From Eledone cirrhosa (Eukaryota), in NCBI GenBank assembly GCA_964016885.1, contig CAXHJY010000105.1, positions 806,001-870,000 of the forward strand: a stretch of 64,000 nucleotides of DNA, read 5' to 3'. The notes below the pieces were generated by a model. The model had not been told where the DNA came from and made no database searches. It saw only the letters and a program-made list of their open reading frames with translations. The translations under genes and the position numbers were made by a program. Position 1 is the first letter of the stretch, and each line of letters starts with the position of its first letter. Shown in pieces: positions 24,611 to 40,616 of this stretch.

Positions 24611-25102
24611 TTGTATTTTCACAGTAAAGGCTTTACCTCACATAACATTTACATTACTCTCTATATACTATTGTATTTTCATAGTAAAGGCTTTACCTAA
24701 CATAATATTTACATTACTATATATATACTATTGTATTTTCACAGTAAAGGCTTTACCTCACATAATATTGAATCTATGAGATTTTGACGTTATTTATTTT
24801 GAGAAGAATACCTTAATATAAGTATGAGTGGCTGGTTACAGCTGGTTTAAACAGAAAGAGGAGAGAGAATTCTGGACAGATATGACTGGTTTAAATGCTA
24901 AAGGGTTAAACCTATTTGTTTGCTCTTAACAACTGCAGCAAGTTACAGAATAAATGAAAAATGGTGTGAGATAGGGTTAAGTGGCAAAATTTAGAATCTG
25001 TACACAAAAGTTTTAGTATAGTTATAATAAGTCAGCTGACTCCCCCCCCCCCCCCCCCCCGGTCAATTCTGTTGACAGACTATGTAAACTGTTTCAACTA
25101 AC

Positions 25103-25256
25103 CCCATGACTCTTGAGATACGAGCCCGTAACCATTTCTCAACTGAAGAGCTGTAAGCAATGACAAACTGCTCCGGCTGGACCATGCCGATTTGGGTGGC
25201 GGGTTTTTCATTGTGGAAACACTTTTGGATGTCAGTTTCAAGTTCGCAAAACTCAG
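25103..25256 (-). CDS. Host gene exon, Tudor core N-half ((A)EFCELETDIQKCFHNEKPATQIGMVQPEQFVIAYSSSVEKWLRARISRVMG)
   Basis: Tudor 'A......W.RA.I' motif. Acceptor gtatttttcag|CT, donor GG|gttagt. Phases match both neighbouring exons. Confidence 0.9.
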
Positions 25257-25529
25257 CTGAAAAATACAAAGAAATTGATGAAATTAAATCAGTCATAATT
25301 GTTTCTACTATAGGCACAAGGCCAGCAATTTGGGGGAGGGGAAAAAGTTGATTAAATCAACCCCAGTGTGTTACTGGTACTTTATTTTAGCAATCCTATA
25401 AGGATGAAAGGCAAAGCTAACCTCGGCAGGAATCTCAGAATGTAAAGGGAAATAACTATGCCACAAAGCATAGTGTCCGACGCACTTCCAATTACTGCCA
25501 ATTCACTGCCTTTAAAATCAATAATAATG

Positions 25530-25900
25530 ATTTCTTTGGTTTACAAAAAAAAAAACATTGAAGACAGCACAAAAAGAACAACAGACAACTAAAAGAAGAT
25601 TAAAACAAATGAAAATCCCCCAATGGGGGGGGGGGGTCACTTGTGGAGAAAGCCAACAAAAAAAGCCACAGGCGCCCCCCCCCGACTGCTAGGGCAAGGG
25701 TTCCCTCTTCCAATCTAGAGGTCTACACTCAGAGCAGGCCCATTTACTCATGCCGCACTCACCTCTTTCAACAAACTGGTTGGAAAGCAGCACTTCTCAA
25801 GTGAAATCTGAATTAATCAGAGCTTTGCTGAAGAGGAAAATACTAGTGATCAACCCTTTCAAACGTATCCACACAGAAATTCCTTGGTAATAACAGGTAT
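25530..25900 (-). mobile_element. Old 5'-truncated remnant of a related Tx1-type LINE
   Basis: Minus-strand fragments WIRLKGLITSIFL, EVLLSNQFVER and VNGPALSVDL* resemble the ORF2 C-terminus (WTRLKGLRSDTFL, EVLYPSKFYER, VNGSSLYISL*). A T-rich 3' UTR ends aaagaaa. Confidence 0.65.
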
Positions 25901-25925
25901 GAAAGTAAATAAGAGAATGACCCAC

Positions 25926-26026
25926 CTGTTGACAGCTGTAACCAAATGTTGCTGGGGTCAATGACATGAGTCACTTTGCCAACCTGGTACTGAGAATCCA
26001 TAAGGAAAAATACCCTAAACCCACAA
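25926..26026 (-). CDS. Host gene exon, start of the extended Tudor domain (CGFRVFFLMDSQYQVGKVTHVIDPSNIWLQLST)
   Basis: 'VTHVIDPSNIWLQ' is the typical extended-Tudor N-terminal strand pair. Acceptor ttgtttttccag|T, donor G|gtgggt. Phase 1 matches the next exon. Confidence 0.88.
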
Positions 26027-26487
26027 CTGGAAAAACAAAAAGGAAATATTTATATAACAAGTGTATGTGTGTGGGTATATGTATGTATATATATATAGGC
26101 CCCTTCAAGCCAAACATACCCCCACTCCACCCTTCCACTCCTGCCAACACCACCCTTTCTCTATAAAGTTATGTTGATACCATATCATCCAGTCCAAACT
26201 AATGAGGGACAACGGAAAAGGGGGGGAAAAAAGGGAGGGAAAAAGGGGGAAGAGAGAAGGGGGGAAAAAATACAGTCCACAATGTAATATGGTCATGTAG
26301 GTGTCACAACAAAAAACACAGTCCACACTGTAATGTGGTCGTGTAGGTGTCACAACAAAAAACACAGTCCATGAGGTAACACGGTAAAAAGCTCCCAGTC
26401 CACACTGTAAATATGGTTGGTGTCATGAAGGGCATCCAACCGTAGAAAACCGTAGAAGTTAGACATTAAACGATGATGATATATGTA

Positions 26488-27310
<823 letters not shown>

Positions 27311-27740
27311 ATATATATAAGTATGTATGTATGTACATACTTATATATATATATATACATACATATATATATACTTACACTTACATTTAAGTAAGTGCCG
27401 TACTAAGAGTGAGAAATGAAATTTTGTTTCATTCTATTCCATATATATATAAACGGAAAAAAAATGAAAGGAAATTTCATTTCCCACTCTTAGTACGGCT
27501 GTTACTTAAATATAAGTATGTACACGTACATACATATATGTATACAGATGTACAGTAGTATGTATATATATATACATACATGCACACATATATATATGTA
27601 CGTATGGGTTTACCGAACATTTATTATAATGCTCGGTGTGTTTGTAAACAAACTATATATATATATATATAGGGTATCTGAACAGTCACTACCTATTTTA
27701 AATAGTAATACGTGCACCAAAAGAGGTACTAACTTTTGAA

Positions 27741-27784
<44 letters not shown>

Positions 27785-29315
27785 CATATTTGTGAAGGCA
27801 CAAGGCTGAGTGGTTAGAGAATTGAATTCGCAATCATAAGATTGTGAGTTTGATTCCTGGACAGGGTGATGTGTTATGTCCTTGAGCAAGACACTTTATT
27901 TCCTGTTGCTCCTTCTCCCAGGATTTGCGATCGGTAGATAATATTAGCAATGGAAAGACCAATGGACAGGATTTAATGTTTAATTAGTTCAGTTTTATGA
28001 TCATTTCAATGGGTGAAATGAACCATATGGTATTATTAATCATCATCATTTTACGTCCACTTTTCCTTGCTTGCAAGGGTATTGACTAATCAATAAGGTA
28101 ATCAATATATTAACTGATCAATAACAGTAACTAAACATTATTAACCTCAACAACACACGTCCCTCTCACAACGAAATAGAGCAATATGTCACCAACGAGC
28201 TTATTTGACCTTCTTTTAATAAAGACATTGGTTAAACTAAAGAAAGAACTATAGGATGGCAGGCCATTGATGTGCTCAATAATAGTTGAGCAGGGGTGAG
28301 ACAACAACTATATAGATTACTGCACATCATTTATCTATTAACCGTTTCTGATATTTCTAATGACAGACACTAACTAGAATTTTGAAAATAATCAAGAATT
28401 TGGAGGGATTTAGTAATAGAACAAACTTTGACATTACTAAACAGGTGTTTGGAATATAACTTAACAAAGGTTCTTTCATAAAATTATTATGGAAGATTTT
28501 TACATAAATATAAAGACCGTAAAATAAACAGTTTGTATTGTAGAACCAAAGATGGTTTTGGGTGGTTTGGTATGAGAACCATGTGTTAAGGGGCATAACT
28601 TAGTTGTGAGTTCAATTCCCAGCGGCACATTGTGACCTTGAGTAAGATACTTTGTCACAGTCCACTCAACTGGCAAAAATACAAATTTGTACCTGAACTT
28701 CCAAGTCCAGCCTTGTCAATCATTGCGACATGCTGAATCTCCCTGAGAACAATGTTAAGACTACATGTGTCTGTGGAATACTCAGCCAGTGACATGTTAA
28801 TTTCAAAAGCAGGCTTTTCCATTGTATAATAAACTGGAACACTCATCACCAGATGTGATGACAGTCCCACACATACACAGACATACATACAGAGACACAC
28901 AGACACAATGAGAGACACACAGACATACACAGAGACATGCAGACACACATATTAGTATCATAGTAATGAAATGATTAATAATCCTACAATATTCTTCAAT
29001 AATCAATTGAAATATTGTGTATTTCACAAGAGTCACAAAAGGTTTAATGGAGAGAGATTTGAATAGATAATATCATACAAATTTATTATTTTCAAAAGAA
29101 AGAACAACCACAACCTTTGATGTCTCTGTTAGATATTGTTTTCTTCTCAACACATGTATATAATGTGTTTTGCCTAGTGGTAAAGGTGTTGGACTTGCAA
29201 TCATAATGTTGTGGGTTTGATTCCTGAACTGAGTTGTGTGTTGTGTTCTTGAGCAAAACACTTCATTTCATGTTGTTCCAGTAGACTCAGCTAAATACCA
29301 GCAGTTGGTGAGGGT

Positions 29316-29528
29316 TTAACCCTTTAGCACTTAGATTATTCTATATATACTATTGTATTTTCGCCGTAAGGGCTTTATTTCTCATAATATCGAATCTATG
29401 AGATTTTCATATTTATTTTGAGAACAATACCTTAACATCAATATGAGTGGCCAGTTACAGCCGGTTTGAATAGTAAGAGGTGAGAGAATTCTGGCCGGAT
29501 ATGGCCGGTTTAAATGCTAAAGGGTTAA
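29316..29528 (+). mobile_element. Compact TTAA-flanked MITE (piggyBac-like), unexpanded form
   Basis: TIRs TTAA-CCCTTTAGCA ... TGCTAAAGGG-TTAA. Contains a single copy of most of the 72-bp satellite unit. Confidence 0.85.
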
Positions 29529-29946
29529 CCCTCAAATGGACTGGTGTCCTGTCCAGGGAGAAGTTTTGTACATTTGGTTGCTTCACATCACAGAACCTGA
29601 GATAAGCACTGGTCTAATGAGTCTCTGGGTTCAAAACAGATTTTAGAGGGGGTTTTTAAAGCTTGTTAAATTTTGACTCAAAATATATTATGTAAAAAGG
29701 GGGCTTTGTAGTGAGTGCTACTTACAACAGAACACCCCACCCACATCATTACCACTACTCCCACTCCCACCACCAAACAAACAAACAAAAAACTAAAGAT
29801 TTAAGAAACAAAGAAGTAAAAAACAGGATATAAAAAATTAAAAAATTACACAACAAAAACACCCGACTGGGGGAGGGGGTTTCTGTATTGTCACTTCCTG
29901 TCTTAAATATTAACAATTGTCTAGTTTCATTAAGACCTTAAAAATT

Positions 29947-31123
29947 GTCTATCTACAGATAGTAAGGACTATCTAGAGATAGTAAGGACTATCTAGAGAT
30001 AGTGAGGACTGTCTATCTACAGATAGTAAGGACTATCTATCTACAGATAGTAAGGACTATCTACAGACAGTAAGGACTATCTACAGATAGTAAGGACTAT
30101 CTACAGATAGTAAGGACTATCTACAGATAGTAAGGACTATCTATCTACAGATAGTAAGGACTATCTAGAGATAGTGAGGACTGTCTATCTACAGATAGTA
30201 AGGACTATCTACAGATAGTAAGGACTATCTATCTACAGATAGTAAGGACTATCTACAGATAGTAAGGACTATCTACAGATAGTAAGGACTATCTACAGAT
30301 AGTAAGGACTATCTACAGATAGTAAGGACTATCTACAGATAGTAAGGACTATCTACAGATAGTAAGGACTATCTACAGATAGTAAGGACTATCTACAGAT
30401 AGTAAGGACTATCTACAGATAGTAAGGATTGTCTATCTACAGATAGTAAGGACTCTCTACAGATAGTAAGGATTGTCTATCTACAGATAGTAAGGACTAT
30501 CTACAGATAGTAAGGACTATCTACAGATAGTAAGGACTGTCTATCTACAGATAGTAAGGACTATCTACAGATAGTAAGGACTGTCTATCTACAGATAGTA
30601 AGGACTATCTATCTACAGATAGTAAGGACTATCTATCTACAGATAGTAAGGACTATCTACAGATAGTAAGGACTATCTACAGATAGTAAGGACTATCTAC
30701 AGATAGTAAGGACTATCTACAGATAGTAAGGACTATCTACAGATAGTAAGGACTGTCTATCTACAGATAGTAAGGACCATCTAGAGATAGTAAGGACTAT
30801 CTAGAGATAGTAAGGACTATCTAGAGATAGTAAGGACTGTCTATCTACTGATAGTAAGGACTATCTACAGATAGTAAGGATTGTCTATCTACAGATAGTA
30901 AGGACTATCTACAGATAGTAAGGACTATCTATCTACAGATAGTAAGGACTATCTACAGATAGTAAGGACTATCTAGAGATAGTAAGGACTGTCTATCTAC
31001 AGATAGTAAGGACTATCTATCTACAGATAGTAAGGACTATCTAGAGATAGTGAGGACTATCTAGAAATAGTAAGGACTGTCTATCTAGAGATAGTAAGGA
31101 CTATCTAGAGATAGTAAGGACTG
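29947..31123. repeat. 20/24-bp minisatellite (atctacagatagtaaggact)
   Basis: Visible directly. The unit contains the self-complementary ctatct-ac-agatag. Confidence 0.97.
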
Positions 31124-31344
31124 TTTTCTGTCTTCTATTTCTACATCAACAGAATGTACAGCTAAGATATTATCTAGCCTAGATAATATCATCCGGTTTC
31201 TTTCATAGTAGTTTCTTAGAAGACAAAATTAGGACATTGGCCTCTAGCTTTTCCTGAGAATATATATAACATACAACATACATTTAACCACTTGATAACA
31301 GAGAGAGGTGAAGTTACATGTGACAAGACAACTACATAACATCC

Positions 31345-34300
31345 ATCTAACTACCATTACAACACCTCATAACTACTACCACTACAAGACCTCATAACTA
31401 CCACTACAACACCTGATAACTACTACCACCACAACACCTGATAACTACTACTACAACACCTGATAACTACTACTACAACACCTCATAACTACCACTACAA
31501 CACCTGATAACTACTACCACACAACACCTGATAACTACCACTACAACACCTGATAACTACTACCACTACAACACCTGATAACTACCACTACAACACCTGA
31601 TAACTACTACCACCACAACACCTGATAACTACTACTACAACACCTGATAACTACTACTACAACACCTCATAACTACCACTACAACACCTGATAACTACCA
31701 CTACAAGACCTCATAACTACCACTACAACACCTGATAACTACCACTACAAGACCTCATAACTACCACTACAACACCTGATAACTACTACTACAACACCTG
31801 ATAACTACCACTACAACACCTGATAACTACTACTACAACACCTGATAACTACCACTACAAGACCTCATAACTACCACTACAACACCTGATAACTACTACT
31901 ACAACACCTGATAACTACCACTACAAGACCTCATAACTACCACTACAACACCTGATAACTACCACTACAACACCTGATAACTACTACTACAACACCTGAT
32001 AACTACCACTACAACACCTGATAACTACCACTACAACACCTGATAACTACTACTACAACACCTGATAACTACCACTACAACACCTGATAACTACTACTAC
32101 AACACCTGATAACTACCACTACAACACCTGATAACTACCACTACAACACCTGATAACTACCACTACAACACCTGATAACTACCACTACAACACCTGATAA
32201 CTACTACTACAACACCTGATAACTACCACTACAACACCTGATAACTACCACTACAACACCTGATAACTACTACTACAACACCTGATAACTACTACTACAA
32301 CACCTGATAACTACTACTACAACACCTGATAACTACCACTACAACACCTGATAACTACCACTACAACACCTGATAACTACTACTACAACACCTGATAACT
32401 ACCACTACAACACCTGATAACTACTACTACAACACCTGATAACTACCACTACAACACCTGATAACTACCACTACAACACCTGATAACTACCACTACAACA
32501 CCTGATAACTACCACTACAACACCTGATAACTACTACTACAACACCTGATAACTACCACTACAACACCTGATAACTACTACTACAACACCTCATAACTAC
32601 CACTACAAGACCTCATAACTACCACTACAACACCTGATAACTACTACTACAACACCTGATAACTACCACTACAACACCTGATAACTACTACTACAACACC
32701 TGATAACTACCACTACAACACCTGATAACTACCACTACAACACCTGATAACTACTACTACAACACCTGATAACTACCACTACAACACCTGATAACTACTA
32801 CTACAACACCTGATAACTACCACTACAACACCTGATAACTACCACTACAACACCTGATAACTACTACTACAACACCTGATAACTACCACTACAACACCTG
32901 ATAACTACTACTACAACACCTGATAACTACTACTACAACACCTGATAACTACCACTACAACACCTGATAACTACTACTACAACACCTGATAACTACTACT
33001 ACAACACCTGATAACTACCACTACAACACCTGATAACTACTACTACAACACCTGATAACTACTACTACAACACCTGATAACTACCACTACAACACCTGAT
33101 AACTACTACTACAACACCTGATAACTACCACTACAACACCTGATAACTACTACTACAACACCTGATAAATACCACTACAACACCTGATAACTACCACTAC
33201 AACACCTGATAACTACCACTACAACACCTGATAACTACCACTACAACACCTGATAACTACTACCACTACAACACCTGATAACTACCACTACAACACCTGA
33301 TAACTACCACTACAACACCTGATAACTACTACTACAACACCTGATAACTACCACTACAACACCTGATAACTACCACTACAACACCTGATAACTACCACTA
33401 CAACACCTGATAACTACTACTACAACACCTGATAACTACCACTACAACACCTGATAACTACTACTACAACACCTGATAACTACCACTACAACACCTGATA
33501 ACTACCACTACAACACCTGATAACTACTACTACAACACCTGATAACTACAACACCTGATAACTACCACTACAACACCTGATAACTACCACTACAACACCT
33601 GATAACTACCACTACAACACCTGATAACTACCACTACAACACCTGATAACTACCACTACAACACCTGATAACTACCACTACAACACCTGATAACTACTAC
33701 TACAACACCTGATAACTACCACTACAACACCTGATAACTACCACTACAACACCTGATAACTACTACTACAACACCTGATAACTACCACTACAACACCTGA
33801 TAACTACTACCACTACAACACCTGATAACTACTACAACACCTGATAACTACCACTACAACACCTGATAACTACTACCACTACAACACCTGATAACTACAA
33901 CACCTGATAACTACCACTACAACACCTGATAACTACTACTACAACACCTGATAACTACCACTACAACACCTGATAACTACTACTACAACACCTGATAACT
34001 ACTACAACACCTGATAACTACTACCACTACAACACCTGATAACTACCACTACAACACCTGATAACTACTACTACAACACCTGATAACTACTACCACTACA
34101 ACACCTGATAACTACTACCACAACACCTGATAACTACTACCACTACAACACCTGATAACTACTACCACTACAACACCTGATAACTACCACTACAACACCC
34201 GATTACTACTACAACACCTGATAACTACCACTACAACACCTGATAACTACTACTACAACACCTGATAACTACCACTACAACACCTGATAACTACCACTAC

Positions 34301-37300
34301 AACACCTGATAACTACTACCACTACAACACCTGATAAATACCACTACAACACCTGATAACTACCACTACAACACCTGATAACTACTACCACAACACCTGA
34401 TAACTACTACCACTACAACACCTGATAACTACTACCACTACAACACCTGATAACTACTACCACTACAACACCTGATAACTACCACTACAACACCTGATAA
34501 CTACTACCACTACAACACCTGATAACTACTACTACAACACCTGATAACTACCACTACAACACCTGATAACTACTACCACTACAACACCTGATAACTACTA
34601 CTACAACACCTGATAACTACCACTACAACACCTGATAACTACTACTACAACACCTGATAACTACTACTACAACACCTGATAACTACTACTACAACACCTG
34701 ATAACTACCACTACAACACCTGATAACTACTACCACTACAACACCTGATAACTACCACTACAACACCTGATAACTACTACTACAACACCTGATAACTACC
34801 ACTACAACACCTGATAACTACCACTACAACACCTGATAACTACTACTACAACACGTGATAACTACTACTACTACACCTGATAACTACTACTACAACACCT
34901 GATAACTACCACTACAACACCTGATAACTACTACTACAACACCTGATAACTACTACTACAACACCTGATAACTACTACTACAACACCTGATAACTACTAC
35001 TACAACACCTGATAACTACTACTACAACACCTGATAACTACCACTACAACACCTGATAACTACTACAACAACACCTGATAACTACTAATACAACACCTGA
35101 TAACTACTACTACAACACCTGATAATTACTACTACTACACCTGATAACTACCACTACAACACCTGATAACTACCACTACAACACCTGATAACTACTACTA
35201 CAACACCTGATTACTACTACAACACCTGATAACTACTACTACAACACCTGATAACTACTACTACAACACCTGATAACTACTACTACAACACCTGATAACT
35301 ACCACTACAACACCTGATAACTACTACCACTACAACACCTGATAACTACCACTACAACACCTGATAACTACTACTACAACACCTGATAACTACTACTACA
35401 ACACCTGATAAATACCACTACAACACCTGATAACTACCACTACAACACCTGATAACTACCACTACAACACCTGATAACTACTACTACAACACCTGATAAC
35501 TACCACTACAACACCTAATAACTACTACTACAACACCTGATAAATACCACTACAACACCTGATAACTACCACTACAACACCTGATAACTACCACTACAAC
35601 ACCTGATAACTACCACTACAACACCTGATAACTACTACTACAACACCTGATAACTACCACTACAACACCTGATAACTACTACTACAACACCTGATAACTA
35701 CCACTACAACACCTGATAACTACTACCACTACAACACCTGATAACTACTACTACAACACCTGATAACTACCACTACAACACCTGATAACTACTACCACTA
35801 CAACACCTGATAACTACTACTACAACACCTGATAACTACCACTACAACACCTGATAACTACTACAACACCTGATAACTACTACTACAACACCTGATAAAT
35901 ACCACTACAACACCTGATAACTACCACTACAACACCTGATAACTACCACTACAACACCTGATAACTACCACTACAACACCTGATAACTACCACTACAACA
36001 CCTGATAACTACCACTACAACACCTGATAACTACCACTACAACACCTGATAAATACCACTACAACACCTGATAACTACCACTACAACACCTGATAACTAC
36101 CACTACAACAGCTGATAACTACCACTACAACACCTGATAACTACCACTACAACACCTGATAACTACCACTACAACACCTGATAACTACCACTACAACACC
36201 TGATAACTACTACTACAACACCTGATAACTACTACAACAACACCTGATAACTACTACCACTACAACACCTGATAACTACCACTACAACACCTGATAACTA
36301 CCACTACAACACCTGATAACTACTACTACAACACCTGATAACTACTACTACAACACCTGATAACTACTACTACAATACCTGATAACTACCACTACAACAC
36401 CTGATAACTACTACTACAACACCTGATAACTACCACTACAACACCTGATAACTACCACTACAACACCTGATAACTACTACCACTACAACACCTGATAACT
36501 ACCACTACTACAACACCTGATAACTACTACTACAACACCTGATAGCTACCACTACAACACCTGATAACTACTACTACAACACCTGAGAACTACCACTACA
36601 ACACCTGAGAACTACCACTACAACACCTGAGAACTACTACTACAACACCTGATAACTACTACTACAACACCTGATAACTACTACTACAACACCTGATAAC
36701 TACTACTACAACACCTGATAACTACTACCACTACAACACCTGATAACTACTACTACAACACCTGATAACTACTACCACTACAACACCTGATAACTACCAC
36801 TACAACACCTGAGAACTACCACTACAACACCTGATAACTACCACTACAACACCTGATAACTACCACTACAATACCTGATAACTACCACTACAACACCTGA
36901 TAACTACTACTACAACACCTGATAACTACTACTACAACACCTGATAACTACTACTACAACACCTGATAACTACTACTACAACACCTGATAACTACTACTA
37001 CAACACCTGATAACTACTACTACAACACCTGATAACTACTACTACAACACCTGATAACTACTACTACAACACCTGATAACTACCACTACAACACCTGATA
37101 ACTACCACTACAACACCTGATAACTACTACTACAACACCTGATAACTACTACTACAACACCTGATAACTACTACTACAACACCTGATAACTACTACTACA
37201 ACACCTGATAACTACTACCACTACAACACCTGATAACTACCACAACAACACCTGATAACTACCACTACAACACCTGATAACTACTACCACTACAACACCT

Positions 37301-38705
37301 GATAACTACTACAACAACACCTGATAACTACTACTACAACACCTGATAACTACTACCACTACAACACCTGATAACTACTACCACTACAACACCTGATAAC
37401 TACCACTACAACACCTGATAACTACTACCACTACAACACCTGATAGCTACTACTACAACACCTGATAACTACTACTACAACACCTGATAACTACTACAAC
37501 AACACCTGATAACTACTACAACACCTGATAACTACTACTACAACACCTGATAACTACTACTACAACACCTGATAACTACTACAACAACACCTGATAACTA
37601 CTACAACACCTGATAACTACTACTACAACACCTGATAACTACTACTACAACACCTGATAACTACTACTACAACACCTGATAACTATCACTACAACACCTG
37701 ATAACTACTACTACAACACCTGATAACTACTACTACAACACCTGATAACTACTACTACAACACCTGATAACTACCACTACAACACCTGATAACTACTACT
37801 ACAACACCTGATAACTACTACTACAACACCCGATAACTACTACTACAACACCTGATAACTACTACTACAACACCTGATAACTACCACTACAACACCTGAT
37901 AACTACTACTACAACACCTGATAACTACTACTACAACACCTGATAACTACTACTACAACACCTGATAACTACCACTACAACACCTGATAGCTACTACTAC
38001 TACACCTGATAACTACTACTACAACACCTGATAACTACTACAACAACACCTGATAACTACTACAACACCTGATAACTACTACTACAACACCTGATAACTA
38101 CTACAACAACACCTGATAACTACTACAACACCTGATAACTACTACTACAACACCTGATAACTACTACTACAACACCTGATAACTACTACTACAACACCTG
38201 ATAACTACCACTACAACACCTGATAACTACTACTACAACACCTGATAACTACTACTACAACACCTGATAACTACTACTACAACACCTGATAACTACTACA
38301 ACACCTGATAACTACCACTACAACACCTGATAACTACTACTACAACACCTGATAACTACTACTACAACACCTGATAACTACTACTACAACACCTGATAAC
38401 TACCACTACAACACCTGATAACTACCACTACAACACCTGATAACTACTACCACTACAACACCTGATAAATACCACTACAACACCTGATAACTACCACTAC
38501 AACACCTGATAACTACCACTACAACACCTGATAACTACCACTACAACACCTGATAACTACTACCACTACAACACCTGATAACTACCACTACAACACCTGA
38601 TAACTACTACCACTACAACACCTGATAACTACCACTACAACACCACACAACTGATAACTACCACTACAACACCTGGTAACTACCACTACAACACACAACT
38701 GATAA
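31345..38705. repeat. 22-bp minisatellite (actacaacacctgataactacc), ~7.3 kb, with +/-3 bp variants
   Basis: Visible directly. Confidence 0.98.
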
Positions 38706-39320
38706 ACTAGATAGATAACACACAGTAAATAAGTAGATATGATCTGAGAAAACTGGATATAAAAGGGATAAGATGTGGTGTGTAAGATGATATATACACA
38801 TGTGGTGTGTAAAATGATATATTCAGACATTTGTTACCAACCTCACCAAACCCAGCTCTGGTTCTATGAAATAAAACCTCCCATTTGAAAAAGTTCCTAT
38901 TTAAATTATAATCTTCCAATATAATTTTATCTTAGTAATGAAATAATAATTTGAGTAAATCCCTCGAAATTCTTCAATAATTAATTGAAACAATGTATTT
39001 CATTTGAAATGTGGTGATGAAAGGGTTAAACTATTCAGGAGAGTTACAAAACAAATCTACTCAATGGACATTTTAACCTCATACACCATCAAATAAATCA
39101 CCCTTATTCCTGATATATACATAGGAGGAAAGGGATAGGACTAATTATATATTGATCAATTCTTTAGGGACACGACTTTTAATAACTAACTTTTTTCTAA
39201 CTTGTTCTGATTATCATTTCTTTTCACATAATGACAGACATCAAGCTAACTCAGGAAATAAAAAGGTAAGTTGTAATCATTTGCTTAAAGGTGAAGTATA
39301 GTGATTTAGAGATGACTTAC

Positions 39321-39449
39321 TTCCTGGAATTTGCAGTCATTTGTTGTCAAAGTTAGCAAAGTTGTGAAAGCTGCTGATGGAGATTCTACAACAGTATCCA
39401 AACGTAAAACATCTGCTAAGGTCCTAATACCACCAGAACACACACATTT
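39321..39449 (-). CDS. Probable host gene exon, armadillo-repeat-like (KCVCSGGIRTLADVLRLDTVVESPSAAFTTLLTLTTNDCKFQE)
   Basis: Acceptor tttctcccagcttgtag|AAA, donor GAA|gtaagt, 43 open codons. The 'GGI..L..VL....A...L..L' pattern resembles the ARM consensus. Confidence 0.7.
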
Positions 39450-40587
39450 CTACAAGCTGGGAGAAATCTGGCTGTTATTTCTACCCTGTCAACTGACATG
39501 CACAGGTTTCACATCATCATCCTCCTCACCATTTAAGAGTCATTTTTCCTATCATGGGTTAGACAAGTTGTCCCGTTATGAGTCAAATCAGATTAGATGA
39601 CCATTTCTTACTCATACAGGACTGATTCTGGCTGGGTTTCTACAGCTGGATGCCCTTCCTAACACCCACCACATTTACAGTGTAGAGACTGGATACTTTT
39701 TATTGTGGCACCAAAACCACCACTCATGGCCTTTGGATATGAGAGAGTGTAGTGGCCAGGACATTTTAATGACATGAGGTTTTGTATCTATTTTAATATT
39801 ATGATGTGAACAATAAAATTAATTCATTTATAAATTTCTATTTATCCCACACAATACATTCTTTTGAAATTTAACAACAGGTTCCAAAACAAAAGACCAC
39901 CCAGCCTCTCTAACTTTAATTCTATTCTAAATAACTTTTCTGATAGCAAATAACCTGAAATTATCACTGCTTCTACAATACAAAACTGTTTATAATACTT
40001 TCCATCATAAATCTTGTGAGAAACTTTAAGTTATGTTCCAAACAAATTTTCTGTATATCATATAGACTGAGGAATATGTAACCCCCCCCCCAAAAAAAAA
40101 AATCGATATTAAAATGGGGGGGGGGGGCTTATATACACCATCTAAACAATACGTTGATTAACTGCCTTGGTTTATAAATGGGTTTGCCTATTTCTTCCTA
40201 AACATAAGTGAAGTCAACTTATATTCAAGTATACAAGGTAGATACTTTATTAACTCCCTCCAAATTCTTGCTGATTTTCAAAATGCTTTGAAAATTATAG
40301 AAATATGGTGATATAGTTGTTTAGCAGTTTCTGTAGTTATTAAATATATCCATAAAATAGAAAGGTTTGAACATCAGGGCTTATTCCTTTCACCATGAAA
40401 TCTCCCATAACATTTATATTATGTCTCTCTCTTATAAAAAATATAACAACCTTTACAGTTTAAATATTCTATTATCTAAAAACTTTGTGGTTATTAAGAA
40501 ATGGCTGAGTATCTTAAGGCTTCAATTATCTATATGACCTCAAATGACTCGCATGTTAAAAGTCATCTGCCCTAATATGTCGTTGAC

Positions 40588-40616
40588 CTCTTGGTTCTGG
40601 TCGAAAGATATTGCCC
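40588..40616 (-). CDS. Possible micro-exon ((G)AISFDQNQE)
   Basis: Acceptor ccatcccttcag|GG. It would bridge phase 1 to phase 0 and give an ARM-like 'NQEKCVCSGGI', but the donor gtcaac is weak. Confidence 0.25.

Larger units (their letters stand above)
6005..24768 (+). repeat. 72-bp minisatellite (tatatatactattgtattttcacagtaaaggctttacctcacataatatctcacataacatttacattactc), interrupted four times
   Basis: Blocks at about 6005-7694, 13336-14909, 20501-21327, 22470-23027 and 24611-24768. Period is 72, with 60/69/71-bp variants. Confidence 0.97.
5993..24909 (+). mobile_element. TTAA-flanked piggyBac-like MITE expanded to ~19 kb by internal tandem amplification and nested insertions
   Basis: Left end ttaacccttta at 5993, right end ...aaatgctaaagggttaa at 24909. 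The 72-bp unit and the terminal 24765-24909 stretch align to the compact copy at 29316-29528. Confidence 0.8.

Noticed and set aside
6005-24768. CRISPR-like array (repeats separated by foreign DNA)
   Set aside because: The units are contiguous with no unique short spacers, the inserts are transposons, no cas genes are present, and the context is eukaryotic.
6372-24779. YFHSKGFTSHNISH-repeat ORFs
   Set aside because: Artefact of the 72-bp unit being a multiple of 3.
28146-28236. Possible exon LTNVFIKRRSNKLVGDILLYFVVRGTCVVE
   Set aside because: The splice sites are plausible, but its phase-0 end does not match the phase-2 start of exon 26026. It cannot be placed without transcripts.
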